Shown here one piece after another: positions 24,999-36,699 of a DNA stretch of 64,000 nucleotides. This DNA comes from Podarcis melisellensis (taxonomy: Eukaryota). The translations under genes were made by a program, and so were the position numbers. Positions within the stretch are counted from its first letter, which is position 1; each line of letters opens with the position of its first letter. The DNA lies in NCBI GenBank assembly GCA_964234715.1, contig OZ174284.1, one strand, 5' to 3'. The notes beneath the pieces are model-generated. The model worked only from the letters and a program-made list of their open reading frames with translations. It ran no database searches and had not been told where the DNA came from.

Positions 24999-27900
24999 CT
25001 AGTGGTTCAGGCTACATATAGTCAAAAAGGAAGTGCTGCACATTAAGAGCAGAATCTTGTTGTCTGGATAGCCCAGGTCCTCCATGCATACTGTCCAGAC
25101 TTGCAACCTGCGGAGGTCACTTCGGTGCTGCTAACACAGCAGTTTGACTTCACCCCTGGAGGTGCACTCCATTGGCTCAGAGACAGATGGATGCCAACAG
25201 CAATCTGTGTTCACTAGGATTTATGGAAATCAGAGTATAAGTGTCCCAACCAGGCAGGATCCAAAAGTTTTAAGGAATAATATACTTCTGTTGAAGTAAT
25301 CAGCAGTTGCCTCTGCTGAGACCTGGTTTAATAAAACTTTCCATCTCAGTAGTACCAGACTTGGCTAAGTATTTGTAATTAGAGTGGATTATTAGAAAAT
25401 AATCACTCTTAATGCTTGTGTGCTCTTTTAAGATCCAATACAAACTTAATCTATCAATAGGGAGTAAATTATATAAGGATATCATTAGCATTTTTATGTA
25501 AGATTAAGGGAAATGGTTTTCTTTCCTTTTTTTGAAAGAGAATTTTAAAGCAGTTGAATAATTGGTGTAACTAAACTCTTGCATCTTTTACATAGTTTTT
25601 TTTTAAAAAAAATATTCAGCTAATATTTACTTTCACATGGGAAAATTGTTACCTATAATGATTCAAATTCTATATTTAGTGTTAAAGTTGTACTTTCCAA
25701 AAAGGAGAAAATAGTCGTTTTAGAACCATGAAGGTAATCATAGGGCAATTAGCTACCTACACAATCATGCAATAACAACATGTTGGCAGGAACAAAGTTT
25801 TCCTATCATGGACTGCCAGTGTCCATGACCTGACCTTCTAAGCTGGCCATCTCAGATGGATCCTTGATTTATTTGCAGATCCAATGTGTGGCTCTTGGAG
25901 GTTCAACTTTGAAACTCTGCACTCTTTTGAAAGTAGCTTGGAAATAGAAGACAGGAAACTCATGCACAGCAAAATGGGTTTTTTTCACTGACAAGATTCC
26001 CTTTGGCATGTGAAAAGCACTAGTTTACTAGTGTTTTGCTGTTTCCAATGTCATTGGCATGTTCTGTACTGCAAAAGTAAAATGAGGCATGCGTTTGGGG
26101 AGAAGAAGGAAATGAAATGCAGCCGAAGGGCGTAGCTGACATCTGCATTGCTCATGCAGTTCGGATCAGGTTGTCTTGGCAGAAAGAAGTTAAAGAGTAA
26201 AGATCAGGTGAACCTAGCCTTCCATCTTAATCTCATCCAACTGATTCAAAATAAGTAGTGTTATCTTTAAGCCTGTCATGAAATTAGGAAATAGTTTGAC
26301 TTACTCTGAGGCAATCCAGATTAAATCAGGCTTGATCTGTCTGCCACATTGCACCATAAGCCTATCCTTTGCCTATCCCACCTGCTTGCTTTGGGTTGAA
26401 TGCAGGAAAGTCATTGAGCACGACGAACACCTTCTGCAATAGAATGTCCTTTCCTTCTCCTCCCCCAGAAGATTGAGGGAACCCCCAGAGAAGAGGGCAA
26501 CTTCCTATGTTCTTTGCAGAGTCTACTGAAAGAAAAAGCCATCTACTGATGACTTAAAGTCAATTTTGCATTAGGAAGTCAATTTTCTTATACTGATGAA
26601 TATGTTTGTTAGCAGCATCTACTTGATGGAATATGAATTCACATTTTAGCAAGCAAGTCAACAAAGGAGGTTAACACTTCTGTTGAGCCTTCCTAACTAC
26701 ATGTCCATATTTCAAAAATTTAGCACCTTATCCTGCATTACCCTTGGTTGATATCTCCTTACACATTCTCATATTTGTACAGCTTATTCAAACATTTCTG
26801 ATATTTGCTAAGACATATCTCCATACCAGATTAAAACAGCCATCTGAATCTTTTTTTTAAATCTTTGGAAATGGGAGAAAATCTACTCTGCTGAACTACT
26901 GAGATATGAAATAATAGCATTCACTACGTATTATTTTCATCAAATTTTAAATTGCACTTCTGAGCCTCTTCTTTCCACTACTTCTCATTTAAATAATCTT
27001 CTCTCTTCAACCAATAATAAACCACCCTTTTCAGAAAAGTGTACCTGCAAAATCTTGAACCCTCAATTGTGTTTTGATTATGGAACCTCATTTTACTAAC
27101 CCATTGTTTTTAAACAAACTTGATTGAATTATTTTAAAACAATGATCAAATATAAAGTGTTGTCTTCCAAGACAAAAAACCCCATGATGTTAAGTCTTGT
27201 AAACAGTTATCCACATGGCCTCAAAACAAGCTTGGAAAGTGTTTTACATTACAAATTAAGCTCACATCAGTACTGTCTCTTTTATAGCAAAACAGAGTTA
27301 GAACATCATCATCTTTCGAGACCAAATGCCAGAAAGACAATTTTGCATTTAAATCATATATGAAGCCACACATATTTTCTCAAATACATTACAATAGTCA
27401 CAGACCCCATAGGCAGATAGTATAAAATACTACAGCGGAAAGTATGCACTCTCTATATTCACACAATTTTCTCAAAACTCTTGTTAATAAATAGTTTGCG
27501 ACTATTTCCCCCTCTTTTGCTTTGAAGAATATCCTTTGTGAAACATGATGCTTGGCTATGTCACAATTTTGCAGCAGTAAAAATCCATCCATTTCCCATA
27601 TGAATGTGTCTGTGGTTTGTTTTGGAGGATCATATATTGGCTTATTAAATCAAAACATGCACGAGGCTTTGCCCTTGGTCCATGCTTGTGTAACTATTTT
27701 TAATGATTATTTTTATTCACCAAAAGTCTTGATTAAGGGTCTCTGAAGGGACTCACAGCAAATTATTCCTATAGAGGCAAATAACAAAGAACTCTCAAAT
27801 GTCGAACAGCAGTGCATAAGGATTTTACACAAATGATCTAATTTACACAAGTGCCATAAATTAACAAAATAGAGCACCACCCTCCTGAAGTTCAGTTTGA

Positions 27901-29363
27901 AAAGCAGCACCTTGATCACTATGTATCCTTCTACGAAACTCATCGTGATTAATAAGTTTCAGCCTTGATAAAGTGAGACAGCAGTGGGTTACCCTTGCAC
28001 CTACCCTTCCCTCCTCCCTCCACAGTTTGCTACAGTAATCCAAGAATTAACCATATTTTCCTGTTTCTTCCAAACCAGGAAGCCAACCTGTTAGCTGAAG
28101 TTGGTTTAAGGCCCTGGATTGTTCCAAACCTGATGACTATCATTTCCAAGTTTGAACAAAATAGGAAACTATGGTTTCCTGAAGATCAGGCCGAGAAGGG
28201 AGGAGAGAATGTCATCACAAGAGTTGTTCATATGATGGCAGATTAAGTTGTGAGATGATCCTCCAAGCACTGTTAATGTGTATGGATTTTTAAAAGCAAC
28301 AGTCTTGTGGCTGTTTAAAGAGAAACAGATTTATGTTTCAGGCTACCCAGAGTGGCTGGAGCAACCCAGTCAGATGGGTGGGGTATAAGTACTAAATTAT
28401 TATTATAATGTATTATGACTAGCAACGACGGTGACCAAATACAGGTGGGTGACACTGTATAGACTAGTTTTTACCCATGCCCACATCTCCTATTCAAACA
28501 AGAACCAAAATGAATGTTCTAGCATTTCATTGGTCTTTCAAGGTGCTTTTTGAAATGTCTCGCACTTGACATCTTACTGATTTCAGGCCAATTATGCAAT
28601 AGATGAATGATTCGTGATGAATCATCAGTGTATTTCAATATTACCTCCTCCCCACCCAGCCCAATTCACTGTTGCTTTTTTAAAAAGTGTAGGAGAAGTG
28701 CTCTTCTGCCAGAACAAAAAATCTGCAATAAGAGTCATTAAGTGTGTAATGTATTCAGCCTCTCACTGTGACTAAGAGGCAATGTGGGAATTGTGAAAGT
28801 GAAGAATAGCAAAGGCAATAGTTCAACTTCATTGATTCACTGGGTGTCAGCTGTTAGAGAAATTAGAAATAGGCATCTCCAAGTGGAAATATATGGGGAG
28901 GAAGAATAATGATCTGTGTATTTTGTTCATTACATGCCTCTCTTTTTTAAACAATAAAAACTCTTCCGAGACTGAATATTGTATTCCAACTTTTACTTTC
29001 TTTATTCTTCTCTATAATTTGTTCAACACATGAATTCTATTTTTTGCACTCATGTTAATATTTCATTTTGCCTTACTTAAGTCCCTGCAAGTCATTATCT
29101 GACTGTTATTAATTACTACTGGCAGAGATCCGATTTAAGGCATTGAAGTTAGGAAAATACTATTGTTATTGATGATTTTTTTTTTAAAAAAGTACAATAC
29201 TTCCCTCAGACCAATCCACAGCAGCTAAAAATGGTGCTTTGTTTTAATATAGAATTGCTAGCTGCCTCTGGTTCTCTGTAGAGCATCTTTCTGAGTGTGG
29301 AAAATGATATCCTCTGCTCAGGCCTCTGCTAGCAGAACATTTGCTCTTATTAGCTGGGCTAAC

Positions 29364-29367
<4 letters not shown>

Positions 29368-29458
<91 letters not shown>

Positions 29459-29565
29459 ATAGCTGCCAACTTTTCCCTTTTCTAGCGAGGAATCCTATTC
29501 GGGAATTTCCCTTAAAAAAAGGGAAACGTTGACAGCTCTCTCACACACACACACACACACACACA
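29368..29565. repeat. Compound (CT)n(CA)n microsatellite split by an ~80-bp MITE
   Basis: (CT)n(CA)n 29368-29457; insert 29458-29537 with inverted ends AGCTGCCAACTTTTCCCTTTT / AAAAGGGAAACGTTGACAGCT; shorter (CT)(CA)n resumes. Confidence 0.9.
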
Positions 29566-31427
29566 ATGGGCAAGGAACAGGGAGAACAAGAAGTTGCCCG
29601 CAGTGGCACTTGCCACACTGCATACTTAAAGTAAACATAATGCACAACCTCCTCTTCCTTCCTTAACCACTTCAAATATTCCTCCCTGAAAATCACCATT
29701 CTGTTTCATTCCAAATTCATTCCTGAAAAAATTGTACTCAGTATGAACCTGTTTTTACACAAAAGTCAACATACAGTATATTGGCTTTTTCATTCTGCTG
29801 TTCAACTAGCTTTAACATTTCTAGGTTTGATTCACTTCAGAATTGGTCTTTTGTCTTATTTTACTTAGGTGGATAAGTCTATGATGAACATCTTATAAGC
29901 ATGGAGATATCTAAAAGGAGTCTGAAGCTTCTTTAAATTCACCGTTTAAGTTTTCAGAACACACTTTAAGAAAAAAAATTTTTTAAAAAAACCTACCATA
30001 GACAAATGACAGGACTTTTTTTTTGCTGAAATACACAGAGAATACTTTATGCTTTCTTCCTTAGGCTGCAACTATTTATTTAATCTGGTCAGTCAATCAT
30101 AACAAGATCTGATTGAAAATGTTTAATTTCTTCTTTGAAAAGATTGCCTCCAAGTGGAAGAGATCATTACTACACTCATCTAAGATTCGTGAATTAAATT
30201 TAAGGACAAACATTATTATTTTTGCATTTGATCATTCATTATACACATGTGCACACACAGAGTGCCAGGTGAGAATCTGGAGAGAAGACCATTCATTTGG
30301 AACAAAGTTATAAGTATTTCTATTATGAAATTAGTCATGGGTCAGCACAATTCAGTATTTGCCAGCTTCCTGCAAGCTTTCATGGAGTTTCACACTGAGG
30401 TGTGGTGAAGTAGTTAGTGTTAGATTAGGACTAGGGGGATCTTGGTTCAGCCATGAAGCTCCTTGAGTGACCTTGGATTTGTCCCTGTCTCTCTTAACCT
30501 AATCTATCTATTTTCAAAATAAAATGGGAATGTGATATGTACTGTACAGATACACATAACCACTTGATTCAGGGAGGGCATCAGATGAAGTAAGTCACAT
30601 ACAGAAGACGAAATGAAGTTCTATGTTGATTGACAAATTAACAGTCAACAAATCCTTGGGTCCATATGATATAAAAGTTCTTGAAAGACGTGAAGTGAAA
30701 TTGCTGACCTCCTAAGAGAATGACACAATCTATCATTAAAACCAGTTTCCTTACTAGAGGTCTGAAAGGGGGGGGGGTGAAAAACCCTCTCTAAATTTGC
30801 TACACCACTCATGGGCAACAAAAAGGAGACATTTCATTTATCTTTCCGAAGGAGAGATTGTTTTAGAACAGTTTGAGGGACACTTACTGCTGGCTGCAAA
30901 CAATGGCATTTTCTCAGGTCTTTCACTTTTTAAAATGTAGTTTTGTGACCTCCTGCAAGTGAGTGGTGGAGATTAATGCAGCCAGCAGGAGCACCACTGC
31001 ACTCCACACAGAACAACAACAACAAAAATTTTAAACGAATAAAAACAGAGAGAGAAGAAAAATGCCACTGTTTGCTGGGAATAATAAGAACCCTCAGGGT
31101 TGACTGAAGAAGGTTTGCCCTCTCAGGTGAAGAATAAAATGGCACTCCCTCCCACATACAAAACTCAACTAGACTTCCAGTTGAATCTTTCTTCAGCGCT
31201 GGTGACATGACACTGCCCTCTGCTCTGTAGAGGCTGGTCAATAAAGACAAATGAGATACTGCCCCACCGACCACAGTTTGTCCTCAGCCAGCCCCCACCT
31301 GCCTGCCTTCTTACTTATTACAAATCCAGGGTGTGGTTCTGGCTGTTGGCCTCCCTGCTTGCCACTCCGCCAGTCCCACTGAACCTGAGACAACAAGCTA
31401 GTTTAGGGTGGCCTAAACTACCTTAAA

Positions 31428-31775
31428 GGGATGCGGGTGGCGCTGTGGGTTAAACCACAGAGCCTAGGACTTGCAATCAGAAGGTTGCTGTTTGAATCCC
31501 TGCGACGGGGTGAGCTCCTGTTGCTTGGTCCCTGCTCTTACCAACTTAGCAGTTCGAAAGCACGTCAAAGTGCAAGTAGATAAATAGATACCGCTCCGGC
31601 AGGAAGGCAAACAGCATTTCTGTGCACTGCTCTGGTTCGCCAGAAGCAGCTTAGTCATGCTGACCGCATGACCCGGAAGCTGTACACTGGCTCCTTCGGC
31701 CAATAAAGCGAGATGAGCGCCGCAACCCCAGAGTTGGCCACATCTGGACCTAATGGTCAGGGGTCCCTTTACCTT
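31428..31775 (+). mobile_element. Full-length Sauria SINE
   Basis: GGGATGCGGGTGGCGCTGTGGGTTAAACCACAGAGCCTAGG head, GGGGTCCCTTTACCTT tail; TSD TAAACTACCTTAAA / TAAACTACTCTAAA. Confidence 0.95.
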
Positions 31776-34308
31776 TAAACTACTCTAAAAGCATCTGCAG
31801 TTTTGCTCTCTGACAGAATGACTAGGAGTGGAATGAGGCATAGGCACAGCTAGGGGACTGGTCCCCCCAGTATCTGCTGCCTGAGGCCATAATCTCATTT
31901 TGCCTAATGGTAGGGCTGGCCCTGAGCACACACCTCCATCCTATAACCCTTCCAACCTCCCCAAAGATTCACCAATAGTTTAAGGGTCCAAAGCTGCCCA
32001 GCAGTTTCAGGAGCAAAAAATTTGGCAAATTATACCCAATGTAAGCATTAAATTATGACACAACCCCCCAGCCCCATATACGATGATGGGCCTGATCTGG
32101 TGGTGGCTAATAAGGAAGAGGAGTTTGGACTTTTGATTGATATTTCACTGAAAATCTCAATAAGGATATTATAAGCCTTTAAAAAAGGCTGGAAATGGGC
32201 AACTAAAGCTAAAGCCTCTGGGCTAAGGAGGAGCCATGATTGAAGCTTATTTAAAAGAGAAATTGTGTTGAGAGGTTTTCTCTCTCTCCCTCTTTCATAA
32301 GAGCTCAGGGTCATTCAATTAAAATGATTGTCAGTCAATTCAGGACAGAGAAAAGACATTGCTTTTTCGCACAATGTATGATTAGCATACAGAATTTGTG
32401 ACCACCATTTGTCGCAATTGCTCCTGGCATAGATGGCTCGGAAAGGGGATTACAGCCAAAAGTGCCATGGAAACTAGAGGGATATTTCAAAATTTACCAA
32501 ACACCTTTCTAATCATTGCTGTATCAAGAGTATTACTAGTCGTTTCAAAACGGTCAAGTTATCCTCCTCTGCCCTCTTTGATAAAATAGGGGGGATCTGA
32601 TATGGAGCAGTGGCAAGGCTATTTTTTATTTTACAAGAGCCTTTGCCCATCTTATTGTTAAGGGTAAGACCTGCCCATTCCACCCAATTATTTAAATTCC
32701 CCTCCTGAAACTATCCTTCCCACTTTTACAGGGGTCCTATGAAAGTAATGGTGCTGGGAACATTCAGCACATCTTACATTTTAATCCTCTGAAAAATGCA
32801 CCGCACAGAACATATCGTTTCAGCTCAACGCCAAGTCAGACTGTCATCCTAAGCACTCCTCTGAATGTCTTTTCCATTGAAATGGTAGACACCTGAACTA
32901 GAGCTTTTGAATGCAATCAATAAGACTGCTTTAGAGTAAGTACCCTGAGGATTGCCATAATCTTTTCTCTATAATGAAAAACAGGAAATAGGAATCGATT
33001 TTCTATTTGTGGAAGCATTACTGAATACAAAAGATATCACTCTTCTACACTGATCTATTCTTTTTTTACAATTTATTGGCCTCACAGGTTCCAGAATTAA
33101 ACTCTCCAACCCAACCATGAAACAAAGATTTAGTGATCAGTCTGACAGGGGACAGAATGAGACAGAACGAGCGCACTGAATTTATGGAGTCAGTCTGGAT
33201 TAATGGAGTTTGTACAGTAAGCTCAAGTTGGAATACATTTGACGTATTTTATTATTAATAGTAGTAGACATCTTGCTTCTTTCGTTTGGAGAGAACAATC
33301 CTGTCATCTCTCATATGGACCCACAGAAGTCAAATCACACAATTGCCACTACAGGCCAGATGGAACCTAGTGATCTAGCAATGGGATGTTTTCCGCCCCT
33401 TTGGCAAAACACCAAGGCTAACAGCCCAGGAGTGAAGGTTACTCACTGGCTATACAGAGGCTCTGTCCCAAGCAAGGGTGCAATGCAGTCAGGGACTTGG
33501 GGGGGAGGGCACAGAGATCATATTGAGAACCTTGACTTCCAAGGTAAGAGGGAGAAACCAGCTGGTACCATGCATTCTGGCCTCCTAGATCCTGTGGTTT
33601 CTGGATGAAGGTTAAACCAAACTGTACAAGTCCACCTGGTTACTTTCTTGACCTTCCTGACCAAGGCCCATTAGGATCCTTGCTGATACCCACCCAACCT
33701 GTGTGTGTGCTGTTCCCCCTATGGGCTTACTGTAGTATAGGGACTAAGACACAGGCACACACCTGTACAGTACTGGATACCACATTTACAAGTTAGAATG
33801 TGGGCTGGATTTGTATGGGAGACATTGGATTGTCTCCCATGTGAACCATCCTTCACATGAAGACCTTCCTCAGATGTTTGACCTACCCATTTAATGTGAA
33901 ATACAGTGAGTGGCAACATGGACCAGGGACTTCTTGGTAGTGGCACTAACATTTTGGAACTTGTCACTGAGAGGTTTAAAAGAGGCAATCTTATACATTG
34001 GGAGTAAGATCTACTGAACACTTCCACAGCATGTGAAGCTTTCTCAAAATCAAACTCAATAGCCCCAATTTAATTAAATTTGGCCACACTTAACTCCCAC
34101 TTCATTTTCAATGAGACTTTTGAATAATTAACTTTCTTTAGGGCCAGTTTATATTCATCAGGATTTAAGCTTAAATGATTTCCTGAATCAATTTTGACTT
34201 TGAGGACACAGAGTTTTAAGAATAGTATCTTTGCCATTTGCACATCTCTGCAAGCATGTGAACCACACCAGATAAAGACGGAACAGAGTTGAGAGAGCAG
34301 AATATACA

Positions 34309-34314
34309 TTTATT
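34309..34314 (-). terminator. CCER1: Candidate CCER1 polyadenylation signal AATAAA
   Basis: AATAAA about 72 nt downstream of the TAA stop. Confidence 0.65.
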
Positions 34315-34385
34315 TAAGAATCTGGAGATCAAGATCTATTCTGAACTATCGAGGAATACAAACGCATAGTCCAGTCATTGTATTT

Positions 34386-35150
34386 TTATGGCTCACAGGA
34401 AATACTCAGGTGAGATTCCAGACCTATATCTTCATATATTTGGTTTTTCTGACTACTCTCATCTTCTCCAACTTCCTCATCTCCCATGAAAATATTTATC
34501 TGTGGGCTCATAGCCGAAATGGTGGCCATGCAACTGGCATTTGGAAATACCATGTCACAATCATTCTCTCCTGTGGATTGCTGTTGTTCTGATTTCTCTT
34601 CTTCTCTTTTGTCTGCAGCAGCTGCTTTTTCCGCCGCTGCCCTTTTCTCCTCCTGGCGCATGTCTTGGTACACCTGATGCATGATAAACTGTGTTGTGTT
34701 CCTAGGGGCACGCATTCCTGGTGCCCTCCATCCACACAGATTCATGGGGCGCAGTCTCCCCTTTACAGCTGCATGCATAAATGCTAACAAACGCTGACTC
34801 TTCCGCTTCCGATTACGGCGGTGACTTCTCCCAATCCTACAGCATCTGGATTTCCACTGGTGACTTGCACACCAATGCTTTGCTTTCTCCTTCTTGGGTG
34901 ATCTTTTCTTCTTCCAATAGCCTCCCCTTTTCTTCCATGGTCTACCATTCCCAGAGAGCATACCGTTCTTCCGTTCGGAAAAGTGACACGCTTTGGGTTT
35001 CTTCACTTTGGTATCATGATGGCTACCATGAGACACTCCTGGATCACTTCTTTCACCATTTTGGTCCCTTCTTCCCATGTTGGGCCATTGTTTGGTATAT
35101 CCTAGTTGCAGAGACAGCTGCTGATAACACCGCCGTCCCTGTCTCCACAT
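34386..35150 (-). CDS. CCER1: Coiled-coil glutamate-rich protein 1 orthologue, intronless, 254 aa from the first ATG after an in-frame TAG
   Basis: Block LRPMNLCGWRAPGMRAPRNTTQFIMHQVYQDMRQEEK matches the CCER1 core as I recall it (human W-x-x-PGMRAPPNTTQFIMNQIYEDMRQQEK). Single exon next to EPYC, as in mammals. The track's 35180 start is a TTG; the first ATG is 35150. Confidence 0.9.
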   Translation of the reverse strand: MWRQGRRCYQQLSLQLGYTKQWPNMGRRDQNGERSDPGVSHGSHHDTKVKKPKACHFSERKNGMLSGNGRPWKKRGGYWKKKRSPKKEKAKHWCASHQWKSRCCRIGRSHRRNRKRKSQRLLAFMHAAVKGRLRPMNLCGWRAPGMRAPRNTTQFIMHQVYQDMRQEEKRAAAEKAAAADKREEEKSEQQQSTGENDCDMVFPNASCMATISAMSPQINIFMGDEEVGEDESSQKNQIYEDIGLESHLSISCEP

Positions 35151-35504
35151 TTCAGGAGATAATTGGGAAGCCTCTTCCAAAAAACTACCTTTCCAACTTT
35201 CGATTTTTCCTCCCTAGGAGTTTCTCCTTCCACAGCAGCCACTGCTTGTGCTGTTCTGTATTGTGTGGTTTGTGACTTCTGCCCTTAACCAGCTGGGCAC
35301 ACACTCCTGATTTTCCAGTACTTTTTTTTCCTGGTCGTTTTCTGTTGCTCCCTCTTTCTTTGTGGCTTTGGTGCCACTGCTCATAGTACAATGAGACCCC
35401 GGTGTGAGATGCTGCTTTGACCCAGATTCAGTGGGCCATAGGTGTCATGCCACTAGGGGTGGTAACTTCCTTTCCTCTTGGGAGCCTTGTATAGATTGAA
35501 TAAA

Positions 35505-35600
35505 GCATCGTCATCACCCTAGGCAACAGGGAACCAATCATAAAGCAATGGGTGGGGCTGTAACTGGACATTCCGCCAGCTTTTAACAGGGTGGGGCTGT
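35505..35600 (-). promoter_or_regulatory. CCER1: Putative CCER1 promoter (half-CRE, RFX half X-box, CCAAT, two GT/GC boxes, MYB site)
   Basis: CGTCA 35509-35513; CCTAGGCAAC 35518-35527; CCAAT 35534-35538; GGGTGGGGC 35550-35558 and 35589-35597; TAACTG 35561-35566. Confidence 0.6.
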
Positions 35601-36699
35601 GATAGGTGTTCTTTTGAGAGCAGCTCTGTAGAATCAAAGACTCTTGTCTTCTTTAGGCTCCAGGGCAACTGACTCCACACAACTGTCATGGTAGCCATGT
35701 TGGCGTGCATCTTTTAGCCAGACATAGCTTAAGGCAAATACTATTTTCAGATACCCCAATCCAGTGTAACAGTAATCAATAAAGACTGACCTATGCCACA
35801 TGACATCTTTAATGACTTCAATGTAAGCTGTTACCAAAGATTAAGTAATGAATCCGTTCTACTTTTCAGAAAAGAAGGCTGAAAAACAAACCCATCTCAT
35901 GATTTTCCTGTCCAAATTACACAGGGATGATGTGAATAAACTGCCCATGACCCCATATTTAATTTTCTATGTCTGCCATATATATATCAGATTTCGGGAC
36001 AATTCCTACAAATGATGCTTGGGTAACAGTCAACATGTTTCTATCTACCCAAACTACTGATGCAGTAACACTTTACATTCTGTTTTGTGCAGAATGTCTG
36101 GGCCCACAAACTGCTAAATATCTTAATGCTCATATGGATTTTATAGCTAGAAACTCTGTTTCTTATAAATGTATGTATTTGGTTATAGTTAAATTTTAAT
36201 TTTGAGTTGATAGAGCACACCCTACAGAATATGCCCTTCTTCCAGTTTATCAAAAGGTTGAAGGCAGAAGAAGCTAACTTTTAAATACCCAAAGGATTAA
36301 CTACACACTGTAATCAAATACATATAACCAAACCCTGCTGTCCTTTTTATTTCCAGGACAGCCATATTGGGGTGTGGGTGACTTGGAGCAGACAAGTAGC
36401 AGGGAGAGGGTTCTCTTAACCCTTTCCTTTCCCAGTGCTACTCAGCTACAAGTAGGTCTGCTCCAGCTGGTTTTTTGTCGTCTTGACTACAAATGAGCTT
36501 TGATCTATGCATGGAGAAAGGCTTCAGGGTGGTTTGTAGCAGAGACCTAGCAGGCAGTATAAGGGCCGCTGGGCCCCTCCTGTTCCTCCCTTCCAGTTGT
36601 TGTTGTTGTGGTTTGTTGTTGTTTTTAAGAAAGCTGGTTTGGATTCAGTTTCAAATGTCTCTGTGTAATGTGTAGTTCGGTCTGGAGCAGAATATCACA

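Noticed and set aside
34781-35275. 164-aa plus-strand ORF antisense to CCER1
   Set aside because: Ser/Phe-rich shadow of the purine-rich CCER1 strand; no recognisable domain.
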